A DNA stretch of 64,000 nucleotides, from the NCBI RefSeq assembly GCF_009936135.1, contig NZ_CP047901.1:408984-472983 (forward strand). The letters are read 5' to 3'. The notes beneath the pieces were generated by a model that was not told the origin of the DNA, made no database searches, and saw nothing but the letters and a program-made list of their open reading frames with translations. This stretch comes from Candidatus Chazhemtobacterium aquaticus (GTDB taxonomy: Bacteria; Patescibacteriota; Microgenomatia; UBA1400; Chazhemtobacteraceae). Positions 21,501-29,022 of this stretch are shown piece by piece; position 1 is the first letter of the stretch, and each line of letters opens with the position of its first letter. A program made the position numbers and the translations under genes.

Positions 21501-22224
21501 ATTTATGGTTAATAGCTCCCACATCACTCAAGACGACAAATACTATTTCCGATCCACTGCTTGTGACCACGCCGGTAACTGTGCTTCTGATGAAACCAGC
21601 ACCATTGTCGATCGGGAATTACCCCCTGCTCCAGAATCTTTCCAGAAATCCTGGAAAGACGAATATGCATATATTCTCAAGTGGCATAACCCCAGCTCCA
21701 CCCAAAGTTACAAGGTCTACATCTACCGCTATCACGAACCAGTTTTCATAGCCCAGGATGCGAGCTTAATCGCTGTTCTTGATGTCACCCCCAATACTGA
21801 TATTGAGTGGCAAAACAGCCATCCAGAGCCCAAGCCTTACTACTACGCCATCAGAAACGTTGATCCAGCCGGCAATACCTCAGGTCTAGTTTCTGACCCG
21901 GAAACCACCGCCACAACCACTTCCTCATCTCAATCTGCGCCTGAAGGTACTCCAGTCACTGGTTCAGAAAGTTTTTCAGGTACCAAATTAGTTGCCGCTC
22001 AATCCGGCTCCGGTCAGATTCTTGGTGAGCAGGACTCTCAAGATGAAGATCAGGATGAAGAGGGGTCAGAAGTTTCACCAGACTCCGATGCTATTGATCA
22101 AGCTCTTGACCAAGCCACTCCAGAAGGTGGCCCAGACTCATCCCCTTCCATTCTCTGGCGCATCTTAATCATCATTGCCGTTGGCATAATCCTCATCTAC
22201 ATCTTCTACATCAGGAAAAAATAA
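15538..22224 (+). CDS. Giant cell-surface adhesin-like protein (~2229 aa)
   Basis: Signal peptide 'MKKIWIKRFTSLALSLILLTNSLTPYILAQE' and a T/P-rich linker. Myxococcus-type Cys-rich repeat 'CGNGLVEDGEQCD'. DUF642-like domain 'LANGGFD..GW....YVELDS'. Several Cna-B/SdrD-B-like domains ('ISGHKWNDINGDGQRGDEPGLEGW', 'VKGYKYHDINANG'). DUF11 'LVLTKSVTRSGDTATYTLTVRNEGIGQVDDVSITDTLPEGF'. FN3-like region, acidic tail, final TM plus 'RKK'. Internal TM-basic-TM segment at residues ~1880–1925. Confidence 0.8.
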   Translation: MKKIWIKRFTSLALSLILLTNSLTPYILAQEITPSPEPTPTTETTPTPEPTLTATPTPETTPTPTLEVTPEVTPEVIPTPLPDTNPVDPDLATTPSDPVPSPTPSVDLDSPDAQGSAQLTPSLSTDKDDYAPTETVIISGSDYQPNTTYTLVISSQDEPTVRYETSITSTENGSIYYAYQLDGIYRPNYLIEVFLGSSLVKSTTFTDSVSEYPKTICHHNPGNEVTLTFHNAQSYSGHLGTPHNDKVYDTDGPCDDSQPTEEIIVVYHSDLATDLSDVMAKPKSWFFYNDESNTIDNSLGSFVIGPGTPPRGDGSVEISVSGTQRRNLATYQFSGIPLASITTLAYSTYNPSAGNGGSANRVGYLGFNVDFDGSDTWQKRLLFHPTANGTVQQDTWQKWDAINNGNALWSWSGLSGHGGSATKWPDGSTSEYRSINELVAAFPNIRIRVSDPWMGIRVGEPYSDGYTENIDLFKFGTANHTTIWDFEPGQSQPEPVCGNGLVEDGEQCDYSSLNGSSPCSSSCQWIAECRPENLANGGFDIPTVAHSKKWDIFENEEVPGWTAEWYGGSSSYSGQDRPSPKIEIHAGVNNWAPVDNPYVELDSDWVGPDGNLNNEPASTTLSQQVPTIPGYQYTLSWKHSPRPKHNNNHLQVKVNGGEVFNSGILSGSSGINWVTETHTFTANSDLTTISFTELGKADSFGMFLDDVSLECIGSCQEISGQKIDGRSEQGIDGWNIYLTKAISEEIAVPALNAPTISGPVLDSGKQYIILASGTYSAGDTITADAEYSVTSKFSGDTWTDLVTGYESHGDHLLDLELGGVADPPFWGEYHNSHTYTALVAGNNTAITFKLNDFYPYNNSGSLTVQVFEVIDTRVTRDGGLYTFGEMCSAETLYIFEENRPLWTRNSPSSGFYPVGQLETYDFANSMVAGTISGHKWNDINGDGQRGDEPGLEGWQIIVHPTNQDPYQIITLNTNDSNGEDSLPLTAGRTYLIEAEGTWNNKNGAEYNDADYASTDDWSTYFNYDDDSSRDPRIVDLVIDDQDVDWGSYNQNHLYKTVLKGSGVSKNFKISEAGGPISWYNDNLGTLTIRIYDVTDQIYTTDQDGYYTATNLEPGEYQVIELNQEGWIQTYPTNPKYHHLTLNSHDELTADFGNQQDLPKISDVTVCKVNDNQTPLSGWNVGLLGKKIGTYTVPVNNTSVSTADLPAGDYALLAHGTYRFANWGDAGIADAGYSLRIPGQSYSAHTNPYDTWVSGDELNTPGALEIQVNGNNVDWGLFSDVHEYLYSLSSHPGGSLSFKIYDNVISDNINSITNPLSVSVYQGFTGTTSENGCVTFEDVPYGDYTLYESLQAGWENIEGHDTQVTVDSSTEEFTLINLANKSISGFKYEDTGTGTKILSDWAIQLFSCAAHGDCSSEPIITTTTTVNGYDFQNLTSGYYLVKEEAREGWSPKQSLSWFVDLVNQQSVQVDFTNARNSSITACKVEDSDGNTTTTDDQNIVAGWPISLYQNGQPVDTQETENDGCYTWTDLDPYQSYKISENVENSGYIALSDTEHTFESLTPGQDNQYTFVNFRMGMVKGYKYHDINANGSQQLYDELSNPYEGYLNDWEICLVPHQQGEEHEISLLSANESIPEGSNCVLTGAGEWPDGYYEFINLGPGTYRLYETPQPDWIQTEPSDPNGYIFTITSGFGMGEGGWYNFGNYSPSDLVLTKSVTRSGDTATYTLTVRNEGIGQVDDVSITDTLPEGFVLDTGSVTLTRPDSTTINPPTSGTNPYTWDIAPVIYQYNSEDEYPEIYTLTYDVDVSAVDISGDHTNVAVANGDDPGQSPVFSNYATALLAIASDLDYSAGVSGDQQGDVLGASTSTGQVLGAATGTPSLWALLGLLFIALGLVLRLPKDKIKKLIATLALTLIPLVVSSPVLAEEPKPDTTAPSVHIVNLPTYKNTNSFEISYTALDAGTSGLREVTLEFRREGQSWQNLTTLTSSSGKFMVNSSHITQDDKYYFRSTACDHAGNCASDETSTIVDRELPPAPESFQKSWKDEYAYILKWHNPSSTQSYKVYIYRYHEPVFIAQDASLIAVLDVTPNTDIEWQNSHPEPKPYYYAIRNVDPAGNTSGLVSDPETTATTTSSSQSAPEGTPVTGSESFSGTKLVAAQSGSGQILGEQDSQDEDQDEEGSEVSPDSDAIDQALDQATPEGGPDSSPSILWRILIIIAVGIILIYIFYIRKK
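15736..15771. repeat. 12-nt tandem repeat ×3 (GAAGTTACCCCA) encoding the EVTP linker
   Basis: 'GAAGTTACCCCAGAAGTTACCCCAGAAGTTATCCCC'. Confidence 0.6.
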
Positions 22225-22252
22225 CCTCTACGCTCCCAGCTGATTACATTAT

Positions 22253-23191
22253 TTAACCAGACTCCTGGCTTGATTCCTCACCTCTATCCCCCAACCTAAT
22301 CTTTTTAAAATTCCTCCACCACCAGTAAAAAAATAACATTGCCAACCCAAGTATCTCCAGAGTCGATATCACCAAGCCACCTGATAACTTACTATTCATA
22401 AACATCAAAACTCCCCCAATCCACATCAATAGCATCGGTAACATTCCCGGCAGAAGCGCCCTCCAAAACCAACCCCTCATTATCCCAATAATCGCCGATA
22501 AGCCATATACAATAAACATTCCTCCCGACAATGTCGTCAAGACCAACAGTAGACCATAACTAATACCCGGTCTATATACGGGGCTACTATCAGCCACCAC
22601 TAACAGCAACATAAACCAAGTAAAAGACATTGAAGTGAACACCACCACCGACCAAACAATTGCAGCGAAAAACGCAATTATCTTTTTAGACAAGAACCTC
22701 AGTACCAACACGATGGTTAATATCGACACTATAAGCGCCCAACCGTACAATGGCGATCTCTCATATAATAAACCAAAAAAATCATCAAACAATGCAACTC
22801 CTGCCAAAGAATTGAGGATAACGAATGTCGGCGTCCTATCATTATAAATCTCTGGAAACCCCGAATAATTAGCATAAGACATAAGACGAAACCAAAACCT
22901 AGCCATTGTTGTGGAGGTTAAAGGTGCCATTGCATACACATAACTCAACCACCTCTTACCAGAAACATAATAGTTTCGGTATACCTGATACGTACAATAA
23001 ATCACGAAGACTACCAACAGAATCAAGCTAATGTAGGCAAGGGCCGGATTAATATCCACATATCCTGAACCATGTTTCACAAACCGCCCCGACCATATCG
23101 AGAAGGTTCTGCCCCAGAAAATCTTCATCATCCGGAAAAACAACACCACCAACTGAAACGCGAATAACATAAACGCCAACATCAACTTCAC
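22253..23191 (-). CDS. Hypothetical polytopic membrane protein (312 aa)
   Basis: Eight to nine hydrophobic helices; no recognisable motifs. Confidence 0.45.
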   Translation of the reverse strand: MKLMLAFMLFAFQLVVLFFRMMKIFWGRTFSIWSGRFVKHGSGYVDINPALAYISLILLVVFVIYCTYQVYRNYYVSGKRWLSYVYAMAPLTSTTMARFWFRLMSYANYSGFPEIYNDRTPTFVILNSLAGVALFDDFFGLLYERSPLYGWALIVSILTIVLVLRFLSKKIIAFFAAIVWSVVVFTSMSFTWFMLLLVVADSSPVYRPGISYGLLLVLTTLSGGMFIVYGLSAIIGIMRGWFWRALLPGMLPMLLMWIGGVLMFMNSKLSGGLVISTLEILGLAMLFFYWWWRNFKKIRLGDRGEESSQESG

Positions 23192-23269
23192 TATATCACT
23201 TACAACACCTCAAAGATTTACAGCTTACTTGCCAAACTCTTACCGAATACATAAGCTAGAATAGAATCA

Positions 23270-24205
23270 ATGTTTGACCGACTTGCCCAACTCTTCATCC
23301 CCCAAAAAAGTAACAACTACCGTCCTAGGCTAGTTCAGCCCGCTACCCTCGCTATCATTGTCTCCTTTGTTCTCACCTCTCAGGCCTTACTTTCCTACAT
23401 CACCGTTCTGTATCCCACCATCTTAGGTTACGCCTCCCAGATTCCCCCGGCTCAGATCATTGAGCTCACCAACCAGAAACGGGCTGAGGCTGGTCTACCC
23501 CCCGTCGTTTACAACGATCAACTAAGTGACGCCGCCAGGCGCAAAGCTGCCGACATGTTTGCCAAAGACTACTGGGCTCACAACGCTCCTGACGGCACCA
23601 AGCCCTGGTCCTTCATCTTAGCCGCTGGTTACAACTACCTTCACGCCGGTGAGAATCTCGCTCGTGACTTTACCAATCCGCAAGCCGTTGTTGATGCCTG
23701 GATGGCCTCACCCACTCATCGTGACAATATCATGAACGCTCGCTATCAAGACATCGGCATTGCTGTGGTCGATGGTCAATTAGGTGGTGTAGAGACAACC
23801 CTGGTTGTCCAGATGTTTGGCACTCCTCAATCAACCGCCCCTGCCCTCACCCAAGGATCGCAAACCACTCTTGTCCGTGAGGCCATAGCTCAAGAACCAA
23901 CTGCCCCCACTCTTACCCCGACACAAAAGCCACAATTGCCTGATGCCACTCCCACTCCCACTCCAGAGCAATTTGTTCCTACTCAAATCAGCGATCTAAA
24001 TTATCCCTTAATCAACACCTTTACTCTTTCCAAGGTCATCTCCCTCTCCTTCGTTATCCTCATCTTTGTTGTTCTCCTCATCGACTGGTATGTTGCCTGG
24101 GACAAGAACTTAATCCGCATCTCTGGTCGCAACTGGGCTCACCTGGCTTACTTAGGTCTAGTCATTGCCTTAAGCTTGATTATTAAACAAGGTCTCATTC
24201 TCTAA
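23270..24205 (+). CDS. CAP/SCP/PR-1 (YkwD-like) domain protein, membrane anchored
   Basis: 'NQKRAEAGLPPVVYNDQLSDAARRKA..YWAHNAPDG..GENLARDF..AVVDAWMASPTHRDNIMN..YQDIGIAVV' is the CAP signature. N- and C-terminal TM helices with a T/P linker. Confidence 0.7.
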   Translation: MFDRLAQLFIPQKSNNYRPRLVQPATLAIIVSFVLTSQALLSYITVLYPTILGYASQIPPAQIIELTNQKRAEAGLPPVVYNDQLSDAARRKAADMFAKDYWAHNAPDGTKPWSFILAAGYNYLHAGENLARDFTNPQAVVDAWMASPTHRDNIMNARYQDIGIAVVDGQLGGVETTLVVQMFGTPQSTAPALTQGSQTTLVREAIAQEPTAPTLTPTQKPQLPDATPTPTPEQFVPTQISDLNYPLINTFTLSKVISLSFVILIFVVLLIDWYVAWDKNLIRISGRNWAHLAYLGLVIALSLIIKQGLIL

Positions 24206-24471
24206 TGTCACGAAAACGCCATTCCATCCACCATCTCCACTTTTTCATCCTTTTGATCCTGTTAACTCTAGGAGCGACTGCTACCCTTGTTTTCAGCTAC
24301 CAGCCTCAGCTTCAGGCCGCTGCCGTTGCCATTACTTCCCTTTCCTATTTCCTCTGGGGTATCATCCATCACTACAAGCAGGATGAGCTTCACCGCGAGA
24401 TCATCCTCGAGTACTTCTTCATCTCCCTATTTGGTGCTATTCTGCTCATCTCACTCATATTAAAAAACTAA
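24205..24471 (+). CDS. Small membrane protein (88 aa, 3 TM)
   Basis: ATGA-coupled start, hydrophobic helices. Confidence 0.4.
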   Translation: MSRKRHSIHHLHFFILLILLTLGATATLVFSYQPQLQAAAVAITSLSYFLWGIIHHYKQDELHREIILEYFFISLFGAILLISLILKN

Positions 24472-25274
24472 TGAAACTAACTACTCTTTTTCTCGCCAGC
24501 TTCCTCTTTCTCCTCTCTTTTTCTCTCCCTCTGCTGGCTCAGGAAACCGACCCCACCAATGCTATTGCCATAGCCGAGTCCGACTATCGCCACCAATTCG
24601 ATCAATATCGTGATGCCTACAACAGCTTCACTCTAGCCAAGTCGCAGTGGTTATCCTCTCTTAACCTAAAAACCGAACAAGAGGCCTTACAAGCTGCCAA
24701 ACTAGCAGCTTCAGCCCGTGTCGATGTTATGACCTCTTACACTCGTTGGCTACGTCTCCAGTTACTTCAGTTCACCTCTACTTACGAAAAAGCTGCCAAT
24801 CTAGCTGCCCGCTTAGAGGAGCTAAACAGTTGGTATCTTACCCACAAAACCAATATCCAGGCTGCCGGATCTACACCGGCTTTTGACCAGGTCATGGTTG
24901 AGTACTCAGATCCCCAAGCCAAGATCAACCGAGACGCTCTTTACAGTACCGCTCAGACCGAGTTAAAAGTCGCCCAACTTGCCTATTACCAACACTACTC
25001 CCGGGCTATCTACGACCCCGTCCTAAAAGCCCTTCAGGACAAAACCGATATTCCTGAAGTAGAGCAGGGCCTTTCACGTATTGACCAGTTAGGTAAAGAG
25101 ATCAATGATGAGCTGGATTCCATTAGCACCTTTGGTGGTACGCTCGAGGCCGAGAGTTTCAACCCAGTTCAGTACTTCCGCAAGGTCAATGAGCGCCTAA
25201 GCGAAGTCCACAGCAAGCAGATTACCTTACTTAACCTTATGATTGAATTAGAGTCACGCTATGTCAGAAACTAA
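24471..25274 (+). CDS. Secreted helical protein of unknown function (267 aa)
   Basis: Signal peptide 'MKLTTLFLASFLFLLSFSLPLLAQE'; start coupled to the upstream gene. Confidence 0.5.
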   Translation: MKLTTLFLASFLFLLSFSLPLLAQETDPTNAIAIAESDYRHQFDQYRDAYNSFTLAKSQWLSSLNLKTEQEALQAAKLAASARVDVMTSYTRWLRLQLLQFTSTYEKAANLAARLEELNSWYLTHKTNIQAAGSTPAFDQVMVEYSDPQAKINRDALYSTAQTELKVAQLAYYQHYSRAIYDPVLKALQDKTDIPEVEQGLSRIDQLGKEINDELDSISTFGGTLEAESFNPVQYFRKVNERLSEVHSKQITLLNLMIELESRYVRN

Positions 25275-25704
25275 TCAAGACCTTCCACCCCAAGTCCAGT
25301 CTAGGATCCCGCCTCCTACCATCCTTGATCAAATCAAGAAGCAGTATCAGGATTTTATATCCCAAGCCAAAAAGAATCCTCAACTCATGGACTGGATTGC
25401 TCAGCTCAAAAACTTCTGGGTAAAATTTGGCTTTCGTATCAAACTAATCTTCACCGGTTTTATAGTCCTTGTCATTGTTCTTTTAGGTATCCGTTTTGGT
25501 TCAACTTTAGCCTCCATCTTTCGTCCTCCTCCCGCCTCGCCTCCACCCTTGCCCAACGTTACTCCTACTCCAACCATCAAAACTAACTCAGAGTTAGAAA
25601 ATATCAGGGATCAGCTCCAAAACTTCCCCATCCTTCTCCCCGATCCGGCTGTTCCTCCTGTTGATCCTGACATCCACCTTCAGTCTCTTCCCATAGAAGA
25701 TTAA
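25261..25704 (+). CDS. Membrane-anchored Pro-rich protein (147 aa)
   Basis: One TM helix then a 'PPPASPPPLPNVTPTPT' extended segment; overlaps the upstream stop. Confidence 0.45.
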   Translation: MSETNQDLPPQVQSRIPPPTILDQIKKQYQDFISQAKKNPQLMDWIAQLKNFWVKFGFRIKLIFTGFIVLVIVLLGIRFGSTLASIFRPPPASPPPLPNVTPTPTIKTNSELENIRDQLQNFPILLPDPAVPPVDPDIHLQSLPIED

Positions 25705-25764
25705 TGCGCCAAACCCATAATGTTATATAATCCTGGTATCGTTCCCTAACCAGGAGAGAGGCAG

Positions 25765-25995
25765 ATGCTGCTTCGACTTAAGGTAGCCTGGAGAGAGTTT
25801 GTCCATGAGGTAAAAAACCCGACACAGAGACTGGTCTTTGCCGGATTTACCTTCGGCTTTGGTCTGATTGGCGGTGCTATCATCCTGATCGCCGTTCTTA
25901 TTGGCGGTCTCTGGAGCATCTTTCTTTCAGCCCTCGCCGTCTCTCTGTTCGTGGTTGGCTATCTCGTAGCCATTCTCTGTAGTTACGTCCTCTAA
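25765..25995 (+). CDS. Small membrane protein (76 aa, 2 TM)
   Basis: Two hydrophobic helices. Confidence 0.35.
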   Translation: MLLRLKVAWREFVHEVKNPTQRLVFAGFTFGFGLIGGAIILIAVLIGGLWSIFLSALAVSLFVVGYLVAILCSYVL

Positions 25996-26083
25996 TCCTC
26001 TTCGCCCTTGGTCCGACCCACACACACCGTGAGTCGGGCTTTTTCTTGTTTACCTTCCAAAAAATATCCGCTACAATACCCGC

Positions 26084-26821
26084 ATGGCTACTAAAAAAAC
26101 TAACACCCGGACTGCATCATCAAAAAAGACTACCTCTACCCGCTCTCGTTCTCGCTCTCAAGCCAAAACAACCTCAGTAGCTCCCCAGACTGCCGCTACT
26201 CCTACGACTACTCCAGTATTTTCCGTTCCTAAACTTTCTACCAATTTTCTTCTAGGTTTCGCCATTATTGTTCTCTCAGGTATCGCCCTTTTCTTAGTTG
26301 CTCAGCGCTATCGTGGTCTTCTCATCGCCGGAACTGTCAACAAGACCCCCATTACTCGTTGGGAGCTAAACAAGGTTCTTACCAATCGCTACGGTGACGC
26401 CGTTTTAGAAGAGTTGGTTAACAATGAACTCCTCACACAAGAAGCCGCCAAACAGGGTATTACCATCACCGATGAGGACTTAGCCAACGAGCGCCAATCC
26501 CTGGTTGACAGTCTAGGTGGTGAAGAGAATCTGGCCTCTGCCTTGACTCAGTACGGCCTATCTGAAGCCGACTTATCTGATCAACTCCGTCTTAAACTAA
26601 CTCAAGATCGTCTCTCCGACAAACTTTTCGACGTTAACATCACCGATGAGCAAATCGCCGAGTACTTCGAAGCCAACCAAGCCATGTACGAAGGAGTCGA
26701 GCTTGATCAGGTTCGTGAAGAGATCAAGCAAGGTCTGACTCAACAACAGCTACAACAAGAGTTCTACGCTTGGTTTGACCAGCTCAAATCAGAGTCTCAG
26801 ATTGAAACCTACATTAACTAG
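26084..26821 (+). CDS. Membrane-anchored SurA-N/PpiD-like chaperone-domain protein
   Basis: Basic S/T-rich N-terminus, one TM. Then 'TVNKTPITRWELNKVL..EELVNNELLTQEAAKQGITITDEDL..' resembles the SurA N-terminal chaperone domain. No parvulin domain. Confidence 0.5.
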   Translation: MATKKTNTRTASSKKTTSTRSRSRSQAKTTSVAPQTAATPTTTPVFSVPKLSTNFLLGFAIIVLSGIALFLVAQRYRGLLIAGTVNKTPITRWELNKVLTNRYGDAVLEELVNNELLTQEAAKQGITITDEDLANERQSLVDSLGGEENLASALTQYGLSEADLSDQLRLKLTQDRLSDKLFDVNITDEQIAEYFEANQAMYEGVELDQVREEIKQGLTQQQLQQEFYAWFDQLKSESQIETYIN

Positions 26822-26845
26822 ATAGCATTTGCTACTATTTAATCA

Positions 26846-27616
26846 ATGCCCGCCCGCAAATCAAACAAACCCGCCCTTCCTCCTTTAACCCTCCTCGGTT
26901 TAGTTGTCTTTTCAATTGTTGTCATCTGGCTATTTTCCCCCTCTAAATCATCTACACAGCAGCCAGTTACTTCCGACACCTCAGCAACCAAGGAGTATAT
27001 CGATGAGCCAGTTGCCCTTCCCAGTCCCGTCAAGACAAGCCGTGTTAGCTTAGAGCAAACCCTCAACACTCGCCGTTCTCGTCGATCCTTCCAAGACAAA
27101 CCCCTTACCCTAAATCAAGTCTCCCAGCTACTTTGGTCTGCCCAGGGGGTCACCACCGACTGGGGTGGTCGCACCGCTCCTTCTGCCAAGTCAGCCTATC
27201 CTCTCACTCTTTATCTAGTTGCTCTTGATGTTACCGGTCTTGAATCTGGTATCTATGAATATATTCCAGGTGACCTAGACCCAGTTCATCAGCTTCGGCT
27301 GCTTCAGTCAGGCGATTTCAGTGAGCAAATGGCTCTAGCTGGTGTCCAATCACAATTCAAATCAGCCCCTGCAGTTATCGCCATCACCGGCAACTTCCAA
27401 AAAATGAAGGATGCTTTTGACGGTAACGACGTCTCCCACAATGTCTATCTCGAAGTCGGCCACGTTAGTCAGAACCTATACCTCCAGGCAGAAAGTCTAG
27501 GCTTAGGTACAGTTGCTACCGGTGGCTTTGATCTGGCCAAATCTACTTCTCTTCTAAAACTTCCGGCCAGCGAGACCTTAATCTATCTCATGCCTTTCGG
27601 CTTTTCCGCAGAGTAA
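26846..27616 (+). CDS. SagB-type dehydrogenase/nitroreductase-family protein with N-terminal TM anchor
   Basis: 'RRSRRSFQDKPLTLNQVSQLLWSAQG' and 'PSAKSAYPLTLYLVALDVTGLESGIYEY' match the nitroreductase/SagB-type fold signature. Confidence 0.65.
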   Translation: MPARKSNKPALPPLTLLGLVVFSIVVIWLFSPSKSSTQQPVTSDTSATKEYIDEPVALPSPVKTSRVSLEQTLNTRRSRRSFQDKPLTLNQVSQLLWSAQGVTTDWGGRTAPSAKSAYPLTLYLVALDVTGLESGIYEYIPGDLDPVHQLRLLQSGDFSEQMALAGVQSQFKSAPAVIAITGNFQKMKDAFDGNDVSHNVYLEVGHVSQNLYLQAESLGLGTVATGGFDLAKSTSLLKLPASETLIYLMPFGFSAE

Positions 27617-27662
27617 GAATTTGATATAATATATCCTATAGCCCATTGATTGGAGGTGTAAT

Positions 27663-27788
27663 ATGCGTCGGGTCCTTCATTGGATCATGCATCAGCTTGG
27701 CTACTGTGAGTGTGAATGTGCTCGGTGTGAGCAAGGATACCATTGCGGCCGGGCCGACAAAGGCTGCCACTTCTTCGAAGGCAGCTAA
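27663..27788 (+). CDS. Unannotated 40-aa Cys/His-rich peptide MRRVLHWIMHQLGYCECECARCEQGYHCGRADKGCHFFEGS
   Basis: GGAGG Shine-Dalgarno site 6 nt upstream of the ATG; followed directly by a strong intrinsic terminator. Six Cys and four His (CxCxCxxC..HC..CH). Too short for the ORF track. Confidence 0.45.
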   Translation: MRRVLHWIMHQLGYCECECARCEQGYHCGRADKGCHFFEGS

Positions 27789-27807
27789 TCCTCACTTTCC
27801 ATCCGCA

Positions 27808-27847
27808 CAAGGGCGGCAAAAAAACTACCTTTTGCCGCTCTTTTCTT
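27808..27847 (+). terminator. Rho-independent terminator after the small Cys-rich ORF (overlaps the trmD stop)
   Basis: 'GGGCGGCAAAA-AAACTACC-TTTTGCCGCTC' then TTTTCTTTTCT. Confidence 0.55.
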
Positions 27848-28466
27848 TTCTCCACTTCTCAATCTCAGCGTGATTCCCCTCAAGCAATACCTCGGGTACC
27901 TTCCACCCTTTGTACTCACTTGGCCTGGTGTACTGAGGATACTCTCTCTTCCCTGGCTCACTATATGACTCCTCACTTAAGGACTCAGGGTTACCCAATA
28001 CTCCAGGAATCAGCCTCACTATACTATCCACCACCACCATCACTGGCAGCTCTCCTCCCGTTAATACATACTCACCAATCGAATACACTTCATCAGCGAT
28101 TTCCTCATGAACCCGATGATCTATTCCTTCATAGTGTCCCGCAATCAGGATTAGGTGTTTTTCTTTACTCATCTTCACTGCCTCATTCTGGCTATATATT
28201 TTTCCTTTAGTTTCAAGCAAAATTACTTTTGTTTCTTTACTTCGCAGACTACTTACTGCCTTGTCGATTACATCCACTCTCATCACCATTCCTGCCCCAC
28301 CGCCATACGGAGGCGCATCTACGCTTCTGTGTTTGTCCTCAGTCCACTCACGCAAGTCATGTATCTTAATATCAACCTGCTTTTGATCAATCGCTCGCTT
28401 CACGATGCTCTCGCCAAAAGGACCCACAAACATTTCAGGAAATATGGTCAGAATATCTATTTTCAT
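27825..28466 (-). CDS. trmD: tRNA (guanine37-N1)-methyltransferase
   Basis: 'MKIDILTIFPEMF', 'PPYGGGAGMVM' and 'LIAGHYEGIDHRV' are canonical TrmD SPOUT motifs. Confidence 0.9.
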   Translation of the reverse strand: MKIDILTIFPEMFVGPFGESIVKRAIDQKQVDIKIHDLREWTEDKHRSVDAPPYGGGAGMVMRVDVIDKAVSSLRSKETKVILLETKGKIYSQNEAVKMSKEKHLILIAGHYEGIDHRVHEEIADEVYSIGEYVLTGGELPVMVVVDSIVRLIPGVLGNPESLSEESYSEPGKREYPQYTRPSEYKGWKVPEVLLEGNHAEIEKWRKEKSGKR

Positions 28467-28513
28467 GGTTCAATTATACCTTTCTTGTTCTGTCCTATAT
28501 ACTATACCCACTA

Positions 28514-28864
28514 ATGCTACCCAAAACTCCCCACTCCCTCATACCTATATCCGTCCTTTATCTACCCTTTCTATCGCTTTACTTGTTTGAACTCGTTGTC
28601 ACTTTTATTGGTTTCGCCCTAGGTCGATATGGCGACAAGTATCTTGGCAATCTAGATAAGCTCTGGATTATTCCCAATCCTCACCACTGGATCTGGGGTG
28701 CCCTCCTTATATTCCTTGGCGGTTTTGGGTCTACCTCATTTTTGGGACTCACCTCCATCTGTTTTGGTATTGGTGTTTTCGTAAGTGACCTAAACGACTT
28801 TCTCCACCTGTGCTTTTTTGGTGAAGAGCCCCCTCATCAATGGAAATTCTGGCACATCAACTAA
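28514..28864 (+). CDS. Hypothetical small membrane protein
   Basis: Only sizeable ORF in the 550-nt gap. Two to three hydrophobic helices; start uncertain. Confidence 0.3.
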   Translation: MLPKTPHSLIPISVLYLPFLSLYLFELVVTFIGFALGRYGDKYLGNLDKLWIIPNPHHWIWGALLIFLGGFGSTSFLGLTSICFGIGVFVSDLNDFLHLCFFGEEPPHQWKFWHIN

Positions 28865-29022
28865 CTCTTCTTATTACCTCTTTCTGTTTTGTTCAATCTC
28901 TCTTTCTCCATCTCCTTTTTGTTCACCCAGATTCTTCTCTGGAAATGATTAACCACATTCCACCAGGGGCTTCTAAAACCTAGTGGTTTAAAACCTCCCC
29001 TCACGTTTAGCTGTTTTCCCAT

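Noticed and set aside
26846-27847. Calling the SagB-type gene plus Cys-rich peptide a TOMM/RiPP cluster
   Set aside because: No YcaO cyclodehydratase, transporter or protease is adjacent, and the nitroreductase is membrane-anchored. Kept only as a hypothesis in findings.
27646-28210. ORFs 27646..27873(+), 27743..28210(+), 27785..27976(-)
   Set aside because: Wrong frame, or antisense to trmD. The genuine small gene in this interval is the 40-codon ORF at 27663 with a Shine-Dalgarno site and terminator.
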